Position numbers and translations under genes: made by a program. Below, piece after piece: positions 52,732 to 64,000 of a DNA stretch of 64,000 nt (positions are counted from its first letter, which is position 1; each line of letters starts with the position of its first letter). The notes under the pieces were generated by a model. That model saw nothing but the letters and a program-made list of their open reading frames with translations. It was not told the origin of the DNA and did no database searches. The stretch is taken from positions 280,947 to 344,946 of the forward strand of contig JAAOMT010000553.1 in NCBI GenBank assembly GCA_016748015.1, read 5' to 3'. The stretch comes from Geosiphon pyriformis uo1. Its lineage: Eukaryota; Fungi; Glomeromycota.

Positions 52732-54335
52732 TACACACATATATTTTATATTTTTGAAAATTAAAAAAAAAACTATTTGTATTAAAAAAAATAACAAAGA
52801 TACTTTATTGTTATTAATTATAAAAATGAAAAAAAAAATTTCGAGTAAAAATTGGAATAACCAAAAAAAAAAGAAGTAAAAATTTAAAGAAATAATTTTT
52901 TTTATAATATTAATTACAATTAGTTTATTCAATGTTATTTTTAACACAGGATTTTGATAAATAAATAAATAAATAAAAACCTTAAAAAGGTTTAAACACT
53001 TTACATCTAATTAAAATAAGATATTTAATTAAAACTGGTTATAAAAACTAGTTTTTATTTATTATCAAGCAGAAAAAATTAAAAGAGATATTTCCTTAAT
53101 ATATTTAAAAAAAAAATTTTTTTATTAAAATGATAATTAATAAATTAAAAAAAAACTTGATTTACTTTAAAATAAAAATATTTTATTATAGTTTTAACTA
53201 AAAAAAAGATTATGAGGCTTAAAAGTAAGCGAGAATAAAATATAATAAATTGATCAATGAATAAAATATATATTTTAACATTATTAAAATGAAGGAATAA
53301 AAATATAGTTTAAATTTTTTAATATAAAAAAAGTTATCTAAATTTATTCACTATAAAAACATCAATTAATTTAATGAGAGATGAACGATCACAATTATAT
53401 CTATGAATATTTGTCTAAATATGATAGATAGTAAGAGAAATAAGTATTATACAAGATAATAAACTTATTAATTAATTATAGATATATTTCTTACATTCAG
53501 GCAAATTGACTAATTCTTTTATAAATTCAGTATTTTGATTTTTTATGTTGTATATAAATAAGTAGTAATTGGATAACACTTATTTAAAATATAACATATA
53601 AATTTTTATTTAAGATTTTAATAATAATAATTTTTTTTAAGAACAGAAAAACTTTAAAATTAAAATTGGCAATTTTAAAAATATTATGTTTCAAAATAAT
53701 TTCGATTTTTTTAAATCGTACTTTATACTTTTTTTATTAAAATTAATATACATATAAAGATAATATTAAACTTATTTTTAAATACTAATAATACAATTAA
53801 ACAGAAATCAATAATAAAATTTATAATGAAATGTTGCAAAATAGTGATAAACTGTTTAAAAAAGTATATTTACATTTGTCTTATGGGGAAATATTTGACA
53901 TTCTACTCATTGGTTTGATAAATCAGAGATCATATGAGCTTTAGTTGTTAGGTTTATTCTCTTGCAGTAACCTACAGTTAGACAATATCTTATATAATCG
54001 GGAATTTAAAACATCAGGCTAAGTGAATATTGTTTTTTAGGTGTGAAAGAATACTTTATAAAAATTGATATTGAATGAATGAATTTAATATTATTATTAT
54101 TATTATAATTTGAAATTAAAGGTTATCTAAAATATATACTGATGAAAAATAGCATAATCATAAAATTCAATATTCTAAAATTTTTTATTACCTTTAGGCA
54201 AATAAATTAATTCTTTTGAAAAGTAAAGTAAATTAAAGTAAATTGTTAATATACTGTATAATAATTTAAATCAATCAATATAACAATAGATAAACTAACA
54301 TTTAGAAAAATCAACCATCTGTGCAATTAAAAGAC

Positions 54336-56072
54336 TTATAAACTGCTCCTGGATGAATGCTTTGTTGTTGTTGTCGCGAGATTTGCTATCTCATCACGTT
54401 TCTTAGTTTTTTTAAGGAATCGAAAATATTTTGAAAATCTTCCTAAAGGGTTTGTGGTCGAGTCGGTCTTTAACATTTCTTTTATGAATTCATCTAAATA
54501 TAAGTAAAGGAAATAAGTCTTATAAAAGAGAATAAAGATGAATAATAGATATTATTTCTTACCTTGAGGCAAATATACTAATTCTTTTAGAAAACAAATT
54601 AATGTAAAATTTTAATATATATTAAGATATATTAATCTAAATTAAATAAACAAACCTTTTGAAAAATCAACCATCTGTGCAGTTAAAAGACGACTTGTAT
54701 AAACTGCTCCTGGATGAATGCTCGTTGTTATTATTGTTTCCGAGCCGTTCTTTTCCATTTCTTTTATGCATTTATATGATTCTAAAAACTGTGCGATTTC
54801 AGGACTTAGAGTTTTAGACTCTTTGGTATATTTTAAATACATCGCCCAAAGTTTCCTCAACTTCTTGTAAACATCCCAAGCAGTAGGACGATTCTCAGGA
54901 TTAACATCCCAACATTTTACAATTATTTCAGCAATTGAAGATGGAATAAGTGGGGAGGTAATCTTAGGTCTTTGACCATTTAAAATATCCATGATAAGAA
55001 AATGGTCATGAGAACGATTATGAAAAGGAGGCTTTCCTGTTGCTAATTCCCATAATAACATGCTAAAACTATAAATATCGCCAGCTGTTGTAAACGTTTC
55101 TCCTCTTAAAACTTCTGGTGGAATGTATGGAATCACTCCATATATCTTTTTTTCCTCTGTTGTTGTTACTTCATTGTTTACTGGTTGACATAATCCGAGG
55201 TCTCCAATTTCAACTATATTTTCATAATATTGTAGAATATTGCCCGAGTGTAGGTCACGATGAACCATACCAGAATAATGAATTTGTGAAAGTCCTTCAG
55301 CTATATCAGACGCGATCCCTAATTTATCTTCCCAACTCGTAGAGTGAAAATTTTTCGACAAATATTTTCGCATGTCTCCCTCTTCGGCAAACGCCATTAC
55401 AATTCCATACTCGAGTGTTTCAGCGTTATGCGTAATTCCATAGTTTAAAGAGATACTACCTAAATTGCCACCCTTAATTGTCATAGCTCTTTGAATATTT
55501 AACTATCAACATAGTGTAAAAAAGTAAATAAATAATATAAATGAATAGACGATAATATACAGTAAATAAATAATAGTTAAACATGAATTAAAGATAAATA
55601 AAATTAAAAATAATAATTTGTTTACCTCTTTAAACACGTCCGAACGGTTCGTTGACATAATTTTTATTGCTACTTCCTCTGGTCTTCGCCTTTTATATTC
55701 CATTGAACCATTATGTTTTATGCTCCACTCATCAATTAATCCATCAATTAGTGTTGCTTTATAAATTATACCGAACCCTCCTCTAGCAATTTCGTTGATA
55801 TTCGACAAACACTCCCATGGAATCCATTGATAGTAATTCGAGTTGTCGACACAATTACCATTAGGCTTAGGTGGAATATAGATTGGATTCTTAATTATTT
55901 CATCAACTAATTTATTGCCGCTTGAGAAGTCACGGTAAAGTTTTTCAAAAAATAGGAAATGGCATAAACTACAAAAATTATTAGAGTTTTCTTTAATACT
56001 CTTTTGACAGTATGAACACCTGTTGCAATCATGAGCATGTGGACGATGTCTTTTAATTTCTTTGTTTTCCAT
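54336..56072 (-). CDS. Tyrosine-kinase-like protein kinase K6; catalytic domain intact, with a duplicated (partly decayed) C-terminal module
   Basis: Exons 56072-55626, 55502-54656, 54583-54563, then 54493-54336 (second tail copy, frameshifted before HPGAV). VAIK, HRDLHSGN, DLG, YGVIPYIPPE. Confidence 0.87.
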
Positions 56073-58112
56073 GATGTGGATAAGTGCGGATAAAGTAAAA
56101 ATGTGAATAGATTATAATTCGAAGAGGGGTTTTTTAAAGTTTCTATTAATTGTACATTTAAAAAGTAAATTTTTAAAGGCAGAGTCCCTATTTATGCTGT
56201 TTCTCTATGTTAACAAGTTTAACCATGTATATAAATTTAGTGCTATAATACATAGAGGCACCAAACAAAATTCCCATCTCGTTGCCTAAACGAGTATTTC
56301 AATTTATTTGTAGAACAAACAACAATATTAAATATTTAGGGTTGATGTGAACCATGAAAAATGCAATTAATTAACAATTATTATCACTTACACATTAAGA
56401 CTTAAAATAAAATCAATAAAGGCATCAGAGATTTAAAATTTTAATTGGATTCAACGTGTAAAATAAGTCTATTATCTTTTAATTTAATTTACTTGATCAC
56501 TGAATACCATTTCATAATTTTAGAAATTTGAAACCTTAATCTATTTTTTCTTATCAAATAAGGGTAGTATAAATTTTTGATTTAATTTATTTGATTTAGA
56601 ACATCTTTATTAATTAAAAATAAATTTTAATTAAATTTTATTTTATTTTAAATAATTTATAATAACTGATTTTATATATTGGTTATTTTTGATATTGATT
56701 TTGAAACGCCGCCATTAATTTCCATCGGGACTGAAATGAATTTAAATTTTCTCAAAAATATAAAAGTGGTTAGGAGGTTTAGACTTAATAAAACCATTTC
56801 AAAAACAAAATGACTATATGACCGTTATTAAACTTTTTTATTTTAGTGCATCTAATTATTTAAACTTTAAAATTCGTTATAAAATTGATATTTTATTTAA
56901 AAAATTCAATTAAAAAAAATTTTGAAATTTTAAGTTATTGTTTTTTTTTAAATAATTATCATATGTTAATATAATATTAGTAAAAAAAATATTAAATATA
57001 AATTGTTTATTTTTTTATATAAATAAATTAAAATACAAATATAAAATAAAAAAATATTATATTTTAAATTGATAAAAAAGATTGTAAATAATTTAAATTT
57101 TAAAAAATGAATATTTATTGAATTGAGTTTCATTTCAAGTCTATTGATAATTATCTAAAATATTGATCTTTTTGTAGAGTAATAAATAATAACCTAAAAT
57201 TAGAACAATAGTTATAAATTTTAAAATTTATATATAAAGAACTTAATTATTTACTTAAGTTTTTTAACAAGTTAATATTTTTAAAAAACCGAAATGTAAA
57301 ATTTAATTTTTGAATTTAACTTTTTAATTTCTTTATTTTAATTTTTTATATTTTCGAATATTAAAATTCAATAAACATTTAAGAATTATTTTTAAATTAT
57401 ATGAAATTTAAATTTTGAAAACTACTCTATAAAATACATTAATAAATAAAAAATTTATTTTTAATATATTGGTAACCAATAGTTGAGGAATAGCTTTTGA
57501 GGGTAGAATCGTTGATTTTTGGCGGATATAATATTATCCGATCGTTTTTGATATTTCCATTGTAATTTTTTTTGGAAAACTATTTCTTTTTTTGTGTTTT
57601 CTGTTGTGTTTTATCTTCAATTTTTTGGATATTCTAATAGATAGTTGACGTGGAAAATTTGCTAATCCTATTTAGTTTGATTTCTGAACAGACCTCTCCT
57701 TCAATAATGCATTAAAACTTGGTGCCGTGTTTTATATTAGACGAAGAAATTTTTTGACTATAATTGAGCAAATATGGATGGAAAATATGTTTAAAATTTA
57801 TAAAATGATAACGTATTTTAATTTGAGATTATACAGGACAAATGGTTTGAAGTGTAAATTATTTAATAATAGAATCGCAAAATTTTAAAATGTATACTGC
57901 AGAATATACTTTATTAATTAATTCAAATTGAGCTTTAAATTTTTCCATGGTAAAAAACTAAATTAAGGCTAGCTCGCAAGATAATTTGAGAATAATATAT
58001 ATATATATATATGCCTAATTAGAATTAAAACTCAATTAACAAGTTTTATGTTAGAAACTCAATATTAATATATTTAAAAATATAAAATGTTTTATCAATA
58101 TTTTTACAGAGG

Positions 58113-59434
58113 CTAGTTTTTATTTTTAACTTCACGATTACAACCACTATTTTCTGTCAGTTCATTCAATGCACCATAAGTTTCTGAATTGAAACCCTGC
58201 AAATATTTTTGACTCAAGAACTGAGAAAGCAATTTAACTTTTCTTTTCAAAACTTCAATCTCATTCATTTGAACTGCAGACGACGGAGTCGATTGCCATC
58301 TCTCATTTGAATGACTCATCGTATCAACTCCCAACATCAAATTATTGTTTAATTCCGATAACGGAGAATGAGAGGGTGAACATCAAAATTTTGTTGGGCC
58401 GAAGTCGGAGAAAGATCATGTAAAATGTCTGCGCATTTAGACTTTGATTTTTGGCGGTTTTTCTTGGCGTCAGGGGAGCTTTGGAGAAGATATTGTTGGA
58501 TTATGCCCCAAGACTTAAATTTCCTATTACCAAAAAGAATTAGCCATATCGCAGAAATAAAGTTCAACAAGCCACCAACAAATGTCAACCCAATTATAAG
58601 CTCTCTTTTCTGTATATTTTGTGACCTTGAAAATAATATGAAAATTCTATTTAATCATTAATTGAGGTGTGGGATAAAGATCTATCATAGAAACTTACCA
58701 AAAAATTGATTGGAAAATAAATAATCTCACATATTAGAAATCCTGAAATATCCAGAGACTTTTCATGCTGAAACTTTTCACTCTCTTTGTACCAGTGACT
58801 ATTTCTTCTACATCAATCCTCTCAATCGCTTTGAATGTGAGCTTATGCAGCTCACCGTCACTTAATTCGAATGTATTCCCGTCTTTATAATTGTCAATTC
58901 CTACATATGTGGTATAAAAGAAACCAATTACTTGATCTTTCAAAGGAGTTTGTCGAATTAGATTACGCCAAAATCTGATTCTAATCGATTCTATTCCTTC
59001 TCGTTTATAAATTAATTTCGAGTCATTTGATCGCTGAAATAATAAACATGGAGCTGGATATTCTTCATGAGGTTCGATTTAACTCTTGTAGAATTTGATG
59101 CTGTCCCATTCATAAAAATATAATCGGAGGCTATATTATTATCCGCCCTTTGATATTCTCTTGTCACTTTTTCTATGGCCTTTTCAAATTTTTGCGAGTC
59201 CTTTCGATCAAATACCCAAATGTATGCGTCTGGGACTGGAATACCATTGGTATATTTATCATTAAGTAGTGAAATAGATATTAATGGCTCTTGGTTGTTA
59301 AATAATTTTTTAAAGTTTGGGGTTGAGACGGTGGTAATGATTGCACAAAGAGTGATGGAAACTAGAAGACGAATTCCTAGTTCTGGATTTCGTTTTAAGT
59401 AACCTATTTTTCTAAAAAGTTTTGAAAAAAACAT
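58113..59434 (-). pseudogene. Two-transmembrane-segment membrane protein gene, apparently disrupted
   Basis: N-terminal TM (LGIRLLVSITLCAIITTV), large loop, second TM (FVGGLLNFISAIWLILFG..SWGIIQQYLL) and C-terminal helix (LKRKVKLLSQFLSQKYLQGF). The fragments 59012-59443, 58734-58943, 58349-58588 and 58113-58340 fall in different frames. Confidence 0.6.
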
Positions 59435-59682
59435 AATTTTCAAAGATAAAATAAAAAATATTTTCTAGCACTAAATGCAATGAATATAAAAATTTGAAAA
59501 TTTTATTTAAAAAAAAAGACTAATATATATAAAAATAGTTTTTGAAAATCTAATATGTTATTAATACAATTTGAATATTTAAATGTTATCTAAAATATAT
59601 CACTTATGAAAATTGCAACTAATCAAAAATAATAAGAATCTCAAAATAGATAGTATTTACGAATGGATCACAATTAGATCTA

Positions 59683-59891
59683 TTAAGAGTTACCTAAATA
59701 TAATAAATAGTAAAATATATAAATAAATAAATAAATATTAAAATATGCCAATTTTATTACAATTTTATTTAACTTCCTACCTTCAGGCAAATATATTATT
59801 TCTCTTTTAGAAAAATCCTCTAAATTTAAGTAAAATAAATGGTTGATATATTAATTTAAATTAAAGTTTATTGCTTGAAGTAAATGAACAA
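59683..59891 (-). pseudogene. 3' end (microexon + last exon) of another TKL kinase copy running into the N gap; status unknown
   Basis: 59548-59891 is near-identical to the reverse complement of the K4 3' region 36260-36612. Confidence 0.7.
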
Positions 59892-60103
59892 NNNNNNNNN
59901 NNNNNNNNNNNNNNNNNNNNNNNNNNNNNNNNNNNNNNNNNNNNNNNNNNNNNNNNNNNNNNNNNNNNNNNNNNNNNNNNNNNNNNNNNNNNNNNNNNNN
60001 NNNNNNNNNNNNNNNNNNNNNNNNNNNNNNNNNNNNNNNNNNNNNNNNNNNNNNNNNNNNNNNNNNNNNNNNNNNNNNNNNNNNNNNNNNNNNNNNNNNN
60101 NNN
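59892..60103. other. Assembly gap (N run)
   Basis: 212 N. Confidence 1.
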
Positions 60104-61745
60104 AATGCGCGTTGGAATTGTCGAGGGTATTGGTTTTAAGTCCCTCTTTACCATTTCTTTTACGTATTCGTCTAAATATAATAGATGGTAAAAATAATGC
60201 AGTTTTAAATAAGAGGATAAATTTTATTAATAGATGATAGATGTAATTTCTTACCTTCAGGCAAATACACTAATCCTTTGATAAAGTAAATTAATGTAAA
60301 TTTCAATATATAATATTAAATTAATGAATTATTTAAAATTAAATAAACTAACCTTTAGAAAAATCAGGCATCTGTGCAGTTAAAAGACGACTTGTATAAA
60401 CTGCTCCTGGATGAATATGCGTTGGGTTTGTCGTTGTAGAGTCGTTCTTTAAAATTTCGGTTACGTATTTATCTGATTCTAAAAACTGTTTCACTTTTGC
60501 CCTCTTAGTTTTAGACTTCTCGTCATACACTTCTCGAAGTTTCCACAACTTACGCCAAACTTCTCTGGCAGTAGGACGATTCTTAGGATTAAAATCCCAA
60601 CACTTTACAATTATTTCAGCAATTAAAGGTGGAATAAGTGGGAAGGTAATCATAGGTCTTTGACCATTTAAAATTGCCATTATGAGAATATGATCATGAG
60701 AACAATCATAAAAGGGAGGCTTTCCTGTTGCCAATTCCCATAATATCATTCCTAAACTATAAATATCACCAGCTGTTGTAAACGTTTCTCCTTTTAAAAC
60801 CTCTGGTGGAATGTATGGAATCACTCCATAAATCTTTTTTTCCTCTGTTGTTGTTGCTGTATGGTTTACTGGTTGACATAATCCGAGATCTCCAATATCT
60901 ACCCTATTAATAAATGGTTGTAGGATGTTGCCAGAGTGTAGGTCACGATGAACCATACCAGAAGAATGAATTGAATCAAGTCCTAAAGCTATATGAGACG
61001 CGATATCCAATTTATTAGACCAACCAGTAGAATGAAAATTTGTTGATAAATATTTTCTCATGTCACCATGTTCGGCAAACTCCATCACAATTCCATACTC
61101 GAGTGTTTCAGCATTTTGCGTAATCCCATACATTGAAGAGATATATCTTATTTGTAAACATAACTCTTTAAATAGCTAGCTATCAATACAGTGTAAAAAA
61201 GTAAACAAATAATATAAATAAATAAACGATAATATACAGTAAATAAATAAATAATAGGTAAATATGAAAAAAATACAAATATAAATAATAATAGTTTGTT
61301 TACCTCCTTAAACACTTCTGAATTGTTCGTTGGTATAATTTTTATTGCTAATTCTCTATCTATTCCTTCACTTTCATATTTTACCATTACATCTTATACT
61401 CCTCGCATTAATTAATCCATCAATTAGGGTTGCTTTATAAATTATACCAAACCCTCCTCTAGCAATTTTGTGGATATTCGACAAACGTTCCCATGGAATC
61501 CATTCATAGTATTTCACTTTACCATAATCATCTTCACCCTCAGGTGGAATATATATTGGATTCTTAATTATTTCATCAACTACTTCATTGCCGCTTGAAA
61601 AGTCTTTATAAAATTTTTCAAAAAATATGAAGTGGCATCCCCGACACAAATTATCATTATCAAGTCTAATATTCCATCGACATTTTCTACAGAGCCTGCA
61701 ATCATGAGCATCTGGAAGAGTTCTTTTAATTTCTTTGTTTTCCAT
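60104..61745 (-). pseudogene. TKL kinase K7: intact kinase C-lobe but +1 frameshift in exon 1
   Basis: ATG 61745 MENKEIKR; AAT GGT AAA ATA TGA has one extra A (~61380) relative to the frame carrying ELAIK..FKE. Exon 2 ORF 61133-60348 has HRDLHSGN, DLG and HPGAVYTSRLL; a microexon and a second tail exon follow. Confidence 0.8.
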
Positions 61746-62147
61746 CGTGTGAATAAAGGCCAAAGGATAAAAAGGGAATAGGTTATCATTCAAAGAGGGT
61801 TTCTTTAAAGATTTATTTGATAGTAGGTTTAGAAAGTTATTTATGTTGTTTCTTCTATGTAACAAATCAATTTATTGACTCTGTTTTGGTGCACAATGAT
61901 TTTTAGTACTACAATATCTTTTATGTTTCACACAAAGCCTAAATCGTTATTGTTCTACAAGAAATTGAACAGCTCATTTAGGCAACATAATGATGAGACT
62001 TTGTTTGGCGTAATTTACGTATTATAACTACTTAGAGAAAAACATAAATACGAACTCCCCTCTTTAATAATTACTATCTAACCATACTATCAAATAAAGC
62101 TTTTAAAAAACTTTTTCGAATAATAACCTATTCACTTTTTATTCACG

Positions 62148-62156
62148 ATGGGGAAT
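62148..62156 (+). CDS. Start (ATG GGG AAT) of a further TKL kinase paralog, cut by the N gap
   Basis: Preceded by the family's upstream motif TTCGAATAATAACCTATTCACTTTTTATTCACG-ATG (62115-62150). Confidence 0.55.
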
Positions 62157-62964
62157 NNNNNNNNNNNNNNNNNNNNNNNNNNNNNNNNNNNNNNNNNNNN
62201 NNNNNNNNNNNNNNNNNNNNNNNNNNNNNNNNNNNNNNNNNNNNNNNNNNNNNNNNNNNNNNNNNNNNNNNNNNNNNNNNNNNNNNNNNNNNNNNNNNNN
62301 NNNNNNNNNNNNNNNNNNNNNNNNNNNNNNNNNNNNNNNNNNNNNNNNNNNNNNNNNNNNNNNNNNNNNNNNNNNNNNNNNNNNNNNNNNNNNNNNNNNN
62401 NNNNNNNNNNNNNNNNNNNNNNNNNNNNNNNNNNNNNNNNNNNNNNNNNNNNNNNNNNNNNNNNNNNNNNNNNNNNNNNNNNNNNNNNNNNNNNNNNNNN
62501 NNNNNNNNNNNNNNNNNNNNNNNNNNNNNNNNNNNNNNNNNNNNNNNNNNNNNNNNNNNNNNNNNNNNNNNNNNNNNNNNNNNNNNNNNNNNNNNNNNNN
62601 NNNNNNNNNNNNNNNNNNNNNNNNNNNNNNNNNNNNNNNNNNNNNNNNNNNNNNNNNNNNNNNNNNNNNNNNNNNNNNNNNNNNNNNNNNNNNNNNNNNN
62701 NNNNNNNNNNNNNNNNNNNNNNNNNNNNNNNNNNNNNNNNNNNNNNNNNNNNNNNNNNNNNNNNNNNNNNNNNNNNNNNNNNNNNNNNNNNNNNNNNNNN
62801 NNNNNNNNNNNNNNNNNNNNNNNNNNNNNNNNNNNNNNNNNNNNNNNNNNNNNNNNNNNNNNNNNNNNNNNNNNNNNNNNNNNNNNNNNNNNNNNNNNNN
62901 NNNNNNNNNNNNNNNNNNNNNNNNNNNNNNNNNNNNNNNNNNNNNNNNNNNNNNNNNNNNNNNN
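62157..62964. other. Assembly gap (N run)
   Basis: 808 N. Confidence 1.
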
Positions 62965-63543
62965 GCAGTTTATACAAGTCGTCTTTTAACTGCACAGATG
63001 CCTGATTTTTCTAAAGGTTAGTTTATTTAATTTTAAATAATTCATTAATTTAATATTATATATTGAAATTTACATTAATTTACTTTATCAAAGGATTAGT
63101 GTATTTGCCTGAAGGTAAGAAATTACATCTATCATCTATTAATAAAATTTATCCTCTTATTTAAAACTGCATTATTTTTACCATCTATTATATTTAGACG
63201 AATACGTAAAAGAAATGGTAAAGAGGGACTTAAAACCAATACCCTCGACAATTCCAACGCGCATTTATCCAGGAGCAGTTTATACAAGTCGTCTTTTAAC
63301 TGCACAGGTGGTTGATTTTTCTAAAGGTTAGTTTATTTAATTTAGAAGTAATCAATTTACTGATTTAATGAAAATACAGTATATTAAAATTTTACATCAA
63401 TTTACTTTACTTTATAAAAGAATTAGTCTATTTGCCTAAAGGTAAGTAATTATATCTATATTAATTATTAATGAAATTTATCCTCTTGTTTAATACTTAT
63501 TTCTTTTACTATCTATTGTCTTTAACTTTTAGATGATTCTTAA
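62965..63543 (+). CDS. 3' exons of a TKL kinase with in-frame duplicated C-terminal module (probably the true continuation of K7)
   Basis: ..AVYTSRLLTAQMPDFSK | microexon 63094-63114 GLVYLPE | exon 63198-63326 DEYVKEMVKRDLKPIPSTIPTRIYPGAVYTSRLLTAQVVDFSK | microexon 63421-63441 ELVYLPK | 63533-63543 DDS*. Confidence 0.75.
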
Positions 63544-64000
63544 TAAATTTAAACATGATCCATCATCTTAATTTTCGGTTCAATGAATTATCTTTTCATA
63601 AGTTATATATTTTCGATAACCTTTATTAATTTATAAATCGTATTAATAATAAATTTTATTAAATTATTTCACTATATTAAAAAAATTTAAAATTTATAGA
63701 TAAAAGTTAAATCGTGATAAAAGTCTTTATCGTATTATAAGTCAAGATAAAACTAAAGTTAAAAAGCTACATTTAAAGAGTTTTTATTTATTTTAAAAAT
63801 AGCTTATTATTGAAAAATTTACGCATAATTATATAAATAAGTTAAAGACTGAGAGCTACTATGAAATAATAAAATTGGCTCTATTTATATTTGAATTAAT
63901 ATTTTCTTATAAATAGAAAAGAAAAATATTATTATTATTATGAATAATATTATTACAAGTTAAATTAAAAAAATTAAAGCAATCTAAAAAAGAAGATAAA

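Noticed and set aside
59861-63005. Long X-containing ORFs in the track
   Set aside because: Artefacts of N gaps.
1-64000. CRISPR arrays, rRNA, tRNA, prokaryotic operons
   Set aside because: None seen. The DNA is intron-containing and eukaryotic, and the repeats are microsatellites, paralogs or TEs.

Overview
Very AT-rich eukaryotic genomic DNA with GT-AG introns, most likely from a Glomeromycota fungus. The kinase and retroelement families resemble those I recall from Geosiphon/AMF genomes; this is unverified. From left to right: (i) the 3' part of a decayed LINE ORF2 (RT + RNase H, in-frame stops, 3' UTR, A-rich tail), then hypermutated retroelement remnants and an orphan kinase promoter; (ii) a compact block of conserved genes (OTU deubiquitinase, a small basic protein, LAT-family amino-acid permease, signal peptide peptidase, MDE1/APIP dehydratase) and a small secreted protein; (iii) a cluster of about 8 tyrosine-kinase-like (TKL) paralogs in both orientations, of which 3 look intact and the rest are pseudogenes or broken by gaps. 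They share one exon plan with a 21-nt microexon, and two copies have a duplicated C-terminal module; (iv) interspersed with the kinases, an HMG-box gene, a complete decayed pogo/Tigger transposon (TIRs + TA TSD) and a degenerate two-TM membrane protein gene. The most notable signal is a 2.2-kb ORF1(Gag-like)-only retroelement at 26934-29153. It has no RT, carries the same 3' end as the RT LINE, and has a poly(A) tail, an 8-bp TSD and an empty paralogous site in this window. A second, more degraded copy lies at ~3.4-4.9 kb. The repeats show strong C->T/G->A (RIP-like) erosion. Contig 60104-62156 is probably mis-oriented in the assembly.
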